Counted from the stretch's first letter, positions 1 through 8,925 are shown. The stretch: 35,252 nucleotides of DNA from an uncultured Nitrospirota bacterium (GCA_964372835.1 CAYJTJ010000004.1:1-35252), one strand, 5' to 3'. Translations and numbers: made by a program. The notes: generated by a model not told the origin, from the letters alone.

Positions 1-141
1 GAAAGGATTCATCTTTCGGCCCTTTGGGTTAGCCCCCTCCGGGCCGCCCCTCCCACCCCTCCCCTCGGCGGAAGCAGTCTGCGCGAGGTTCGATCCTCTT
101 TCGGGCAGGGGGGGTCTTCGGTAGATAGGGTTGAATGTCAT

Positions 142-312
142 TGCTGCCATTCTGCTACCACCCTGACCATACTTAGACATACTTATCCCTTTCATGGGTT
201 ATTCCTTATCCTCTTTTTTCGTCGGTGGAAGTTGTGGTAAGATATCCGAGGAAGAATCAGGTGGGTTTTCGTAATCAGCAGGTCGTCGGTTCAATCCCGA
301 CCGCCGGCTCCA
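142..312 (+). mobile_element. Putative right attachment junction (att) of an element integrated in tRNA-Thr(CGT); element lies left of the window
   Basis: 3' half of a tRNA with no 5' half. Preceded by short direct repeats TGCTGCCA/TGCTACCA (142-149, 153-160) and CATACTTA x2 (168-175, 178-185), resembling integrase arm or accessory sites. Confidence 0.6.
268..312 (+). pseudogene. tRNA-Thr(CGT) 3' fragment (anticodon loop to CCA)
   Basis: TTCGTAA anticodon loop, TCAGC, AGGTC variable region, T-arm GTCGG-TTCAATC-CCGAC, acceptor strand CGCCGGC-T-CCA. Upstream bases cannot form the 5' anticodon stem, D-arm or 5' acceptor strand. Confidence 0.85.
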
Positions 313-351
313 TTTCCGATTAATCGCCGGTTCCACTCGAAGGAGGCATTG

Positions 352-723
352 ATGGGTAAAGTCGTTTCGGATTCCTGGGTCATGGCCCAATCACGCGATA
401 TCAAGCGATCGATCGAATTTTATTCCAGGCTGGATTTAAAACCCTCAAGGCGGATGCCGTACTACGTTGAGTTTAGAATTCCGGGCGGGACGGTTTTGGG
501 GTTGCATTCGGCCGGGAAAAAGAAAGACCGAAAGCGGGGAGGGAGTAACCCCGGCGGCTGGGGCATCATGCTCCGGGTTTTGAACATCCGAAAGGTGGCG
601 GGCGGACTCAAGCGCAAAAAAATTCGTTGCTCCCCCGTCAGAACGGCGCCCGGCGGGGCCTATTTTTCCTCCTTCAAGGACCCGGACGGAAATCGCCTGA
701 CCCTTCTCCAGTTCGGCCGGTAG
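352..723 (+). CDS. VOC/glyoxalase-bleomycin resistance family protein
   Basis: SD AGGAGG before ATG 352; DIKRSIEFY and FKDPDGNRLTL motifs of the VOC fold. Confidence 0.8.
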   Translation: MGKVVSDSWVMAQSRDIKRSIEFYSRLDLKPSRRMPYYVEFRIPGGTVLGLHSAGKKKDRKRGGSNPGGWGIMLRVLNIRKVAGGLKRKKIRCSPVRTAPGGAYFSSFKDPDGNRLTLLQFGR

Positions 724-871
724 TTCATCTCGGCCGCCGGCTCCGGCCAAACGCAACCCCGGCGTTTCCCGTTTCTTGAAATGGCCCCATTATTTCCCCT
801 GGGTAGGCGGCTCGAAAGGGATTTCCAACGGACCGGAGATACCCGCAATGGCACGGCCGGGCCTCCGGGTA

Positions 872-900
872 TTGACGGACAATTGAAGGCAGGCTATTCT
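872..900 (+). promoter_or_regulatory. Putative sigma70 promoter for the S11 peptidase gene
   Basis: TTGACG-17 bp-TATTCT. Confidence 0.55.
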
Positions 901-940
901 TTGGTGAGTCGGGTGGTCGGCATGGCATTATTTTTGGAGT

Positions 941-1903
941 GTGGGGCCATTGATTCAAAAAATAGTTCTCTTTGCGGCGATCTGGGCGGTTCTCTTCATG
1001 ACCGCTCAACTCACACTCGGATGTTCTAACCAAGGCGGCCCGGCGCCCGTCGCGGCGAATTCCCCCCCGGACCAACCCACCGACAATCCGCTCCTCACCT
1101 ATTTGGATCCGAAAAAGCTTTTCCTGCGTTCAGAAGTGGCGCTCATCGTGGACGGCCGCGGGGGCGACGTGCTGTACGAGAAGAACAGTCATGCCCGGAG
1201 GGCCGTCGCTTCTCTCGCTAAATTGATGACGGCCATGGTCATTCTGGACGCCGAGTTGCCGTGGGATGAGGTGATCACCATTGCGAAGGCGGATCACGAC
1301 CGGCTGCGCGGATCCGGCTCGAAGCTCAGTTTTGGGACAAAACTCACACGACGCGACCTCCTGAAGATCGCTCTGGCCGCTTCGGAAAATCGGGCGGCCG
1401 CGGCCCTGGGGCGCACGTATCCCGGCGGGACCGAGGCCCTTGTCGCGGGCATGAATAAAAAGGCCCGAGGGCTCGGCATGAAGGATACCGTCCTCCGGGA
1501 CACCGCAGGCCTGCATGGCGGAAACGTTTCCACCGCGGCGGATCTCGTCACATTGCTGGAAGCCGCCTATCGCTATCCTTTGATTCGCGAGTTTTCCACG
1601 AGCGGGACGGAATTTGTGACCGATCATCGGACCGGATGGAAGATCGAGTTCGTGAACACCAACCGCCTTGTCCGAAACGACGCGTGGAGCATCAGTCTCA
1701 GCAAAACGGGGTACATCGCCGAATCCGGTCATTGTTTGGTGATGCGTGCCGAGATCGCCGATCGCCCGGTCTATGTGGTCCTGCTCAATTCATGGGGCGA
1801 GTTGAGCAAATACGGCGATGCCCATCGGATCCGAAAATGGATCGATCACGCCGACCACCAGGCCCAGGAAGCGGCTCGCGCCGCGGAGAAAATCGCCGGC
1901 TGA
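941..1903 (+). CDS. pbpG: D-alanyl-D-alanine endopeptidase/carboxypeptidase (peptidase S11, PBP7-like), probable lipoprotein
   Basis: SxxK (SLAK), SxN (SEN) and KTG motifs; NTNRLV and SKTGYIAESGHCLVM typical of PBP7; signal peptide ending LTLGC. Confidence 0.8.
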   Translation: MGPLIQKIVLFAAIWAVLFMTAQLTLGCSNQGGPAPVAANSPPDQPTDNPLLTYLDPKKLFLRSEVALIVDGRGGDVLYEKNSHARRAVASLAKLMTAMVILDAELPWDEVITIAKADHDRLRGSGSKLSFGTKLTRRDLLKIALAASENRAAAALGRTYPGGTEALVAGMNKKARGLGMKDTVLRDTAGLHGGNVSTAADLVTLLEAAYRYPLIREFSTSGTEFVTDHRTGWKIEFVNTNRLVRNDAWSISLSKTGYIAESGHCLVMRAEIADRPVYVVLLNSWGELSKYGDAHRIRKWIDHADHQAQEAARAAEKIAG

Positions 1904-1964
1904 TCGGATCCCCGTTCCGCCCTCATGCCTGGAAAGATCCTTCGATTTCCCCATTTATTGTGTG

Positions 1965-3605
1965 CTAATTCATTATCAAATCCACGGGGAAAATGCGGTC
2001 TTCGAGGACGGCCAGCATCTTGGAGAGGGTTTCGGGATACAAGGCCGAGATCGAGACGGCTTGGTAGCGCCGACAGACGTCCTTGACCATCTCCGGATCG
2101 GCCCGATCCTCCTTGTTGAATACGATCTGGCGGGAAATGGCGTCCAGGTTTAGACGGGAAAGGAGTTCGTCGACCGTTTTGATCTGTTCCTCAAACTCGG
2201 GGTGGCTGATGTCCACCAGGTGGATTAGAAGATGCGCATCCCGCAACTCCTCAAGCGTTGACGCAAACGCGCCCATCAGGTCTTCCGGCAGATCTCGGAT
2301 GAATCCCACCGTGTCCGTGACGATCACCTCCCGTTCTCGCGGAAACCGGAGGCGTCGGCTGGTGGTATCCAGCGTGGCGAAGAGCCGATCGTCGGTCAGG
2401 ATGTCGCTGTGGGTCAGTGCGTTCAGCAGTGTGGACTTTCCGGCGTTGGTATAGCCGACGATCGAAACGATCGGAATCTTGCTCTTGACCCGTCGGGCCC
2501 GGCGCTCATCCCGGGCACGGCCGAGGGATTTCAGTTCCTTTTCGAGATGACGGATCTTGTCCCGGGCGCGCCTCCGGTCCACCTCAAGCCTCGTTTCGCC
2601 CGGTCCGCGCCCGCCGATTCCCCCGGTCAGCCTCGAAAGCGCCGTGCTCCGCTCGGACAATCGGGGAAGACGGTACTTGAGCTGGGCCAGCTCCACTTGA
2701 ACCTTTCCATCGCGGCTGTGGGCCCTGCGCGAAAAAATATCCAGGATCAGTTGAGTTCGGTCGATGACCTTCAATTCGGTGACCTCGCCGATCGCCTTGA
2801 CCTGAAGGGGGGTCAGGTTCTGATCGAAAATCAACAGGTCGACCCCATGCTGTAGGGCCTTGATGACCAGCTCTTTCAATTTCCCTTCGCCCAGGAGGTA
2901 TTTCCCGTGCAGGGCCTTGGGGCGTTGGGTGAGGGTGTCCACGACCAGAACCTGGGCCGTTCTGGCCAGTTCTTTTAATTCCTCAAGAGCGTCCTCCTGG
3001 TAGGAACGACCCTTCATCGAGACGCTCACGAGGATCGCGCGCTCCCGCGTGTCCGACAAGGAGTAATGGGCCTGGTTTTTAGAAAGTTCCTCCTCGATCA
3101 TCCTCACAAAGGAGGAAGGGTCCAGCCCGACTTGATGCGTCCAAACGGGCGGATGGACCCTCCAGGCGCTTCCCTCGGGGTTCGGAGGGAGGAGATGAGC
3201 CATGTAGAAATGGCCGGGGAGACCGTCCTCCCGGATACCGATCACGCCCATTAAATCCAGGCGAAGGAGAGCCAGGTCGGTCAGGTCGTCCTGCGTGAGC
3301 GGGGCGTCCTTGAAGTGGGTATGGATGCATCGGACCCCCCGAAGACGAAACCGGCTGACGCGGTACCGCGAGAGATCCGGAATCAGAATCTCCCGGTCGT
3401 TTCCCACTATGACAAAATCGATTTCCCCCCGCCGGGATAGGATCAGTCCGACCTGACGCCCGATCTCCATCGAAAGCTCGGTCAGGGTTCGGGCGAGCTC
3501 GGGCGTGATGACCCTGTCGGGGGGGACGCGCCGTCGGTAGAGGTGTTCGAGCCGCCGGAGCTGGCCGGCCTTGAGCCCGCCGAGATTTCCGTGAAGCGTG
3601 GGGAT
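1965..3605 (-). CDS. hflX: Ribosome-splitting GTPase HflX, long form with extra N-terminal domain; probable ATC start
   Basis: GYTNAGKS, LFATLD, DTVGF, NKED G-motifs; VIDRTQLILDIF and GRGPGET. The ORF-track start 3860 lies inside the kinase gene; GGAG SD precedes ATC at 3605. Confidence 0.92.
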   Translation of the reverse strand: MPTLHGNLGGLKAGQLRRLEHLYRRRVPPDRVITPELARTLTELSMEIGRQVGLILSRRGEIDFVIVGNDREILIPDLSRYRVSRFRLRGVRCIHTHFKDAPLTQDDLTDLALLRLDLMGVIGIREDGLPGHFYMAHLLPPNPEGSAWRVHPPVWTHQVGLDPSSFVRMIEEELSKNQAHYSLSDTRERAILVSVSMKGRSYQEDALEELKELARTAQVLVVDTLTQRPKALHGKYLLGEGKLKELVIKALQHGVDLLIFDQNLTPLQVKAIGEVTELKVIDRTQLILDIFSRRAHSRDGKVQVELAQLKYRLPRLSERSTALSRLTGGIGGRGPGETRLEVDRRRARDKIRHLEKELKSLGRARDERRARRVKSKIPIVSIVGYTNAGKSTLLNALTHSDILTDDRLFATLDTTSRRLRFPREREVIVTDTVGFIRDLPEDLMGAFASTLEELRDAHLLIHLVDISHPEFEEQIKTVDELLSRLNLDAISRQIVFNKEDRADPEMVKDVCRRYQAVSISALYPETLSKMLAVLEDRIFPVDLIMN

Positions 3606-3643
3606 GGTCCTTCTCCGTTTATTGGACGTGGTCCGGCCGCCGG

Positions 3644-6055
3644 TTAAGCGATCCGGTCCAAGTCGGCCAGGATCTCCTTGGCCCTCTGGTACCGCTGGTC
3701 GGGATTTTTGGCCATGCACTTTAAAATGAGTTGGCCGAGCGGCTCGGGTATGCCGGGATTGAGAGACTGAGGGGAGGGCGGCGCGGTGTGGATGTGATGG
3801 TAATAAACATCCCCTTCGATGAAGGGGGGGCGGCCGGTTAAAATCCTGAAAAAGGTGCATCCCAACGAGTAGAGATCCGTGCGGTGATCGACCCTCTTTC
3901 CCGTGATCTGTTCGGGCGACATGTAAAGCGGCGTGCCCTGTACACCCGATCCCTCTGCCGTGGAGGCGGAAAGAATCTTGGCCAGACCAAAATCCATAAT
4001 CTTGACCAGGCGATCCTTATTGATCATGATGTTCGCCGGCTTGATATCACGGTGGATGACATTTTTAGCGTGCGCGAATTCGAGCCCCTGACAAATCTGT
4101 TTGCCGATCGGAAGGAGGTCCGGAACCGGCATGGGGGAGTTTTTCTCCAGCAGTTCCTTAAGACTCGTCCCGTCTACGAACTCCATGACGATGTAGGGTT
4201 CCACCCCTTCCGAACCGGTGTCGTAGATGGTGACGATATTGGGATGATTGATGGCGGCCGCCACGCGGGCCTCCTGGAGAAAGTTTTCCAGGACCTTCGG
4301 ATTATCCTTGACGCTCGGAGGCAGAACCTTGTACGCCACGATCCGGTTCAGGACGGTGTCTTCCGCACGATAGACGACGCCCATGCCCCCCTGTCCGACT
4401 TTGGTGAGAAGTTTGTACCGTCCCTTGGGAGCACTCGTGTCGGTTCCCTTGCGGCCCTGGGCCTGTTCCCGCCGGATGGCTTCCTTGACGAGCTCGATAT
4501 GATTTTGAACGTCCCTGTAATTGTAATTTTCGGCCACCACTTTGTCGAAGAGGAGGAGGGCGTTCGTATACTCCCGGTTTTTCTCGTAAATGAGTCCCAG
4601 GTTGTAATACGGTTCGATGGATTCCGGCCCGATTTCCCGCTTGCTGATGAGCTTTTTATATCGTTCACGGGCCGCGTCCAGCATGCCGCGTTCCATGAAG
4701 ATCTGTCCTAAAAGAAGGGAGGCCGGAAAGTAATCTTCCGATTGGGAATTGATCTTTTGCAGGAAAAAAACGGTGTCCTCGATCCGGCCGAGTTTATGAA
4801 AAAGCATTCCGGCTTCGTAAAAGTCTCCCGATTCCTCCATCAGCCGCGCGGCCACCTCGTACGTTCCGGCCTTGATGTAGAGTTGCGCGGCTTCCTTGTA
4901 CTGTTTGGCCTTCTCCAGGGCCTGGGCCGCCGGTAGAACGTCCCCGCTGGACTGAAAAATTTCGTTGGCCCGAATATAGTCGCCGCCCTTCATGAACATC
5001 TCGCCGGCCTTTTTCAATTGATTGGCCTTCTCGTAAAGATCACCGGCCTGCAGACAATCCTCCGCCTTTTCGTACAGGCGCGCGGCCTCGAGGTAGTTCC
5101 GTTCGTCCAGGTAGAGCTCGGCGGTCACCGCGTGGGCCTTCTTCATATTGCCCAGCGATTTATAAAGGTCCGCCGCCTTTTGATACATTTTGGCCTGATG
5201 GTAGAGGTCGGCCGCCTTCAGGAAATCCTTCATTCCCACATAGGCCTCGGCCGCCTCGGCGGGGAAACCCCCCATGGAAAAAACACGGGCGGCCTTCTCC
5301 GTATCGCCGGCCTTAAGGTATAGACGGCCGCTCTGTTTGGCAAAGGAGTTGATCGCGAGTTTCTGATCTTGGCTCTGAAGCGTGGTGCTGACCCGCACCT
5401 TTTCCTGAAGATAGTGCTTCTCAAGGAGATCGGCGGCCTTGGCCGGGTCCTTGGATTGTTCATAGCAGAGGGCGGCCTTCTGGAGATAGCCGGCGCCCTC
5501 ATAGAGTCGGGCCGCCTCGCCGAAATTCTTACCCTTCTCAAACATCTCGGCCGCCGTCATGACTTTGTTGTCCGTCATGAAGGCCTCGGCCGCCTTGATA
5601 TAATTCCCGGCCCTCTGATACATGGTGCCGGCCCGTTCGAAATTCCGGGCCCCCTCAAAGGCTCCGGCGGCCTGGGCCCAGCTCTTCTGACGTTCGTAGA
5701 GGCGGCCGAGGGAGCCGTAGGCCTGGGCCTGGCGGTACATTTTGACCGCCTCATCGAGGTCGCCGCCCATCTCAAAAAGTTCGCCGGCCCGTTCGTACTC
5801 CTTTTCCCGTTTGGCGCGTTTCGCTTCTTTCCGGATCGCGTTGGCATCCGATTTCCCCGGCGGGCCGGAGCCGCTGAGGACCTTCTGGAGAAGCCGTGCG
5901 GCGATGATCATGACGGCCAGCGCGGCCGCCAGACCCAGAAGGGTGGTCCTGTCGAAGTTCTGGGCGGTTTCGTATGCGACGGCGAGGATGTCCTGAAGGC
6001 GGTCGAGATAGACTTTGATCTGATCCTGGTCGATCCACTGCAGTCGCGGATTCAT
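3644..6055 (-). CDS. Membrane-anchored TPR/SNAP-like repeat protein with C-terminal Hanks-type Ser/Thr kinase
   Basis: N-terminal TM helix; many helical A-x-x-(F/Y)-E-x-A-G repeats; GQGGMG, VAYK, HRDIKPAN, DFG, GTPLYMSPE. Confidence 0.9.
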   Translation of the reverse strand: MNPRLQWIDQDQIKVYLDRLQDILAVAYETAQNFDRTTLLGLAAALAVMIIAARLLQKVLSGSGPPGKSDANAIRKEAKRAKREKEYERAGELFEMGGDLDEAVKMYRQAQAYGSLGRLYERQKSWAQAAGAFEGARNFERAGTMYQRAGNYIKAAEAFMTDNKVMTAAEMFEKGKNFGEAARLYEGAGYLQKAALCYEQSKDPAKAADLLEKHYLQEKVRVSTTLQSQDQKLAINSFAKQSGRLYLKAGDTEKAARVFSMGGFPAEAAEAYVGMKDFLKAADLYHQAKMYQKAADLYKSLGNMKKAHAVTAELYLDERNYLEAARLYEKAEDCLQAGDLYEKANQLKKAGEMFMKGGDYIRANEIFQSSGDVLPAAQALEKAKQYKEAAQLYIKAGTYEVAARLMEESGDFYEAGMLFHKLGRIEDTVFFLQKINSQSEDYFPASLLLGQIFMERGMLDAARERYKKLISKREIGPESIEPYYNLGLIYEKNREYTNALLLFDKVVAENYNYRDVQNHIELVKEAIRREQAQGRKGTDTSAPKGRYKLLTKVGQGGMGVVYRAEDTVLNRIVAYKVLPPSVKDNPKVLENFLQEARVAAAINHPNIVTIYDTGSEGVEPYIVMEFVDGTSLKELLEKNSPMPVPDLLPIGKQICQGLEFAHAKNVIHRDIKPANIMINKDRLVKIMDFGLAKILSASTAEGSGVQGTPLYMSPEQITGKRVDHRTDLYSLGCTFFRILTGRPPFIEGDVYYHHIHTAPPSPQSLNPGIPEPLGQLILKCMAKNPDQRYQRAKEILADLDRIA

Positions 6056-7425
6056 CAGGATTCGACCTCAATGAACCTGAACACCGAATCGCCGATTCGG
6101 ATCAGATCGCCGACGGCCAGCCGCTGGGAATGAACTTCCTGATTATTGATAAGGCTCCCGTTGGTGCTCTTGAGGTCCGTAAAGTAAAATCCATCATCCT
6201 TTCGCTCGATCGCCGCGTGATGGCGGGACGTTTTCGGATCGCCCGTGTTAATATCGGCCTTGCTTCGTCCGATAATGGTGCGGCTCTTCAGCGAATGGCG
6301 CGATCCCACTCTTTTTCCCTCCACCACCTCAAGGATGAAATGGGCGGCACGCTCTATGTGGGGCGGAGGAACGGGGGTCGGGCTTGGGGGCTCGGCCGAG
6401 CCCTGTCCGACGACGGTGGTCTCCAACGGGTTGATCCGATCGAGTTTAGCCCGCGCGCCGGCCGGAGATTTCTGGATAAACAGGATTCGAAGATCGCCGA
6501 TCCGGATTTCATCCCCGTCCGAAAGCGTTGCGGTCGAGACCTTCTTTCCGTTGACCAGAGTTCCATTACGGCTCTGCCGATCCTCGAGAATGAACTGACC
6601 CGCCCGTTCCTTGATTTGGGCATGCTCCCGGGAAGCCAGGCTGCCGCTCACGGTCAGATCATTCTCGGCGCCCCTCCCGATCGTGAAACGGCTCTTGGAG
6701 AGGACCTTTTTATCGAGCGACTCCCCACCGGAAAGGAAAACCAGTTCGGGCCGTTCGCGCAGGTAATACTCCACGATCCCGCCGGGCCAGTCGTGCCACG
6801 CCAGGTCGGCATCCTCGGCGGGGGTCGTCGTGGTGTCGTGATAGGCCTGGACGGTTATCGGCGATTGGGCGTTTCCGCTGTACGCATATTCAAGAAGCAG
6901 ATCCTCGGAAAAACCTTCTTTGCCGGCCCAGCTCGGATCCGCAAAATAGCCTTCCTGGAGGGCCCCTTTGAGAAAATAAAAAAGGTTCAGTTCCTCCCCC
7001 CGCTTCAGACCCACAACCACTTCCTTCCTTGACGATTTAATCTGGTTCATCAGTCCCTCGAGATTCAGGAGATCCGTCGTGCCGGCCGTGGTCGGATTTT
7101 TCTGCGCGGCGACCAGAAGGCACTTGAAAAGGATCGGGCTTGTGGCATACAGCGTCAGATGAGATCCGCCCTGGACCGACAGCAATTTAAAAAACTCGGA
7201 AAGATTGAGGTTTCTGAAGCGATCCCCGATCAACTCGGCCGCGGCATAGGGGCTGTCCTGAAGGATGAAGAAGATGAGGACGTGCTTGGGATCGGTGGCG
7301 GTGAGAACCCAGCCGGAGGGGGTCGCCTCGCCTTTGACCAGTTCAAACAGAGAATCGATCACACCGGGGGAATAAGGCCTACGATCGAAGACGGTTTTGC
7401 TTTGTGGTAACCGGATTTGGGGCAT
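6055..7425 (-). CDS. Double FHA-domain protein with N-terminal DUF4388/PATAN-like region
   Basis: Two FHA signatures (IGR...SREHA...SRNGTLVNG; IGR...SRHHA...STNGSLINN); Pro-rich linker; TGATG coupling to the kinase. The N-terminal domain call is pattern-based. Confidence 0.85.
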   Translation of the reverse strand: MPQIRLPQSKTVFDRRPYSPGVIDSLFELVKGEATPSGWVLTATDPKHVLIFFILQDSPYAAAELIGDRFRNLNLSEFFKLLSVQGGSHLTLYATSPILFKCLLVAAQKNPTTAGTTDLLNLEGLMNQIKSSRKEVVVGLKRGEELNLFYFLKGALQEGYFADPSWAGKEGFSEDLLLEYAYSGNAQSPITVQAYHDTTTTPAEDADLAWHDWPGGIVEYYLRERPELVFLSGGESLDKKVLSKSRFTIGRGAENDLTVSGSLASREHAQIKERAGQFILEDRQSRNGTLVNGKKVSTATLSDGDEIRIGDLRILFIQKSPAGARAKLDRINPLETTVVGQGSAEPPSPTPVPPPHIERAAHFILEVVEGKRVGSRHSLKSRTIIGRSKADINTGDPKTSRHHAAIERKDDGFYFTDLKSTNGSLINNQEVHSQRLAVGDLIRIGDSVFRFIEVES

Positions 7426-7457
7426 TTACAAGGTACCCGATCGGGCTTACGAAACTA

Positions 7458-7486
7458 ATTGTAATGAAAGAACTAAATATTGTCAA
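7458..7486 (-). promoter_or_regulatory. Putative sigma70 promoter of the FHA-kinase-hflX unit
   Basis: Minus strand TTGACA-17 bp-TACAAT with AT-rich spacer. Confidence 0.7.
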
Positions 7487-7516
7487 CGAGCCTTCCCCCG
7501 GTCACGGGCGGGATGG

Positions 7517-7951
7517 CTATTCTTGGAAGGGGTCGTCTTCGTCCGGTCGGCTCACGGATGGGACGCGAATCCCCGCGGTAAACGTCCTTTCCCGGTCAAG
7601 GAGGCCCTCGATGCTCATCCCGAAAAGGGGGTAGGAGTAGGGGACACGCAGAGTGAGAGTGGAGGTATCCGCCACCAGGCCCTTTCCCTCCACCAGACGG
7701 GAAGTGGTGGTCCCCTTTTGGGCCGGCTTGATCTCCACGAGAATCTGGTTCGGATCCAGATCAATCCCAAACAATCGAGCCTTGTTTTGAATTAAGGCGG
7801 GCAGGTTTTTCTCGCTCAGATCGCGTGGGGAATTCAGGAGGGAGTCCACCTCCTCGATGAAACGGTTCTTATTTAAGAGGGCCGAGCCATACCGGTAACC
7901 CGCCGAAACCACCAGGCCCAACAGGACGAGATAAACCAGACTCTTTTTCAT
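7517..7951 (-). CDS. Hypothetical protein with N-terminal membrane anchor (DUF4845/pilin-like architecture)
   Basis: GGAG before ATG; hydrophobic N-terminal helix followed by a small alpha/beta domain. Confidence 0.6.
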   Translation of the reverse strand: MKKSLVYLVLLGLVVSAGYRYGSALLNKNRFIEEVDSLLNSPRDLSEKNLPALIQNKARLFGIDLDPNQILVEIKPAQKGTTTSRLVEGKGLVADTSTLTLRVPYSYPLFGMSIEGLLDRERTFTAGIRVPSVSRPDEDDPFQE

Positions 7952-8024
7952 CGCTCCGGGTCCAGCCCGACCCCCCGTTTAGTTAAACCGCGCTTCCTCG
8001 CCTTCGATCCCGGATTCGATGCGC

Positions 8025-8924
8025 CTATTCCGCCGGGGCGGGAGCCGGCGGCATGTCCAGCGGTAGGAAAATGATCTCGATTCGGCGATTCTTGGCACGG
8101 CCTTCCTTCGATTCATTGGAGGCGATCGGTCGGGTGTCGGCGAGACCCGCGGCCGAAAGCCGGTCGGGTCGTATGGCGATGCTGTCGGCCAAATAGCGCA
8201 CGACGCTTGTGGCCCGGAAGACCGAGAGCTCCCAGTTGCTCGGAAACTTCTCGGCCAGACGAGTGCCGATGGGGACATTGTCCGTATGACCTTCGATCCG
8301 AATCGTTTTGTCTTCCGCCGATTTCATGATCCGCCCCAGGCGGTTGAGAATCTGAAGCCCTTCGGGTTTGATCTGGGCGCTCCCGGAATCGAAGAGGGCC
8401 TTGTCCAGGAGATTGAGGATCAGGCGATCTCCCGCCTGGGTGACCGTGATATCCCCTCTGCGAATCTCGGGCTGTAGCTCATTGAAAAATTCTTCAACCA
8501 TGGATCGAAGACGATCCGCTTCCCGTTGTTTGATCGTGGCCTGCTTAGCGATCTCGTTAAGAAGTCCTTCCAATTGATGTCGGAGCGACTGGATCGTTTC
8601 AAGGTGATCGCGATTCCGGCGGGTCAGATTGGCCAATTCGGACGACAAATCGATGTTGCGTTGGATGATCTGTTCTTTCTCCTGGTCCTGGAGCTCCCCC
8701 TTGGTCTGGAAGGTCACGATCTGCTGACGCAAGTCCCTGATCTGATCGTCGCGCGCGGCCAGCGTCACCTTAAGACCGCCCCGTTCTTCCTTGAGTCGGT
8801 CCGATTCTTCTCTCACCTGGGACAGGTCCCTGACCACGGCCTCATGGACCGAGGAACTGACGCAGGACGTTCCGAAACACGCAAGCGAGGCGGCCATCAG
8901 CCACGGGATTTTTGGGGCATTCAT
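8025..8924 (-). CDS. OmpA/MotB-family peptidoglycan-binding protein with coiled coil, probable lipoprotein
   Basis: LFDSGSA, IEGHTDNVPI, NWELSVFRA, KNRRIEI; long heptad region; start placed at MNAPKIP just after the Nudix stop; GTSC lipobox-like. Confidence 0.85.
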   Translation of the reverse strand: MNAPKIPWLMAASLACFGTSCVSSSVHEAVVRDLSQVREESDRLKEERGGLKVTLAARDDQIRDLRQQIVTFQTKGELQDQEKEQIIQRNIDLSSELANLTRRNRDHLETIQSLRHQLEGLLNEIAKQATIKQREADRLRSMVEEFFNELQPEIRRGDITVTQAGDRLILNLLDKALFDSGSAQIKPEGLQILNRLGRIMKSAEDKTIRIEGHTDNVPIGTRLAEKFPSNWELSVFRATSVVRYLADSIAIRPDRLSAAGLADTRPIASNESKEGRAKNRRIEIIFLPLDMPPAPAPAE

Positions 8925-8925
8925 C

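Noticed and set aside
240..312. Intact tRNA-Thr or group I intron-split tRNA
   Set aside because: No 5' half is present and no intron core is recognisable; an att remnant is the simpler reading.
848..940. TGGCAC/TGGCAT as possible sigma54 promoters
   Set aside because: No GC at the required GG-N10-GC spacing.
3606..3860. 85-aa N-terminal extension of HflX in the ORF track
   Set aside because: Overlaps the kinase C-terminus in another frame and looks non-protein-like; the SD points to 3605.
4850..5800. Repetitive GGCCGCC/GGCGGCC-rich DNA as a possible repeat array
   Set aside because: Explained by Ala-Ala codons of the kinase helical repeats; no constant repeat/spacer structure, so not CRISPR.
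3884..7032. Long antisense ORFs (275, 254, 300 aa) opposite the kinase and FHA genes; likewise 15859-17715 opposite the histidine kinase
   Set aside because: Mirror frames of real genes caused by codon bias; no recognisable domains.
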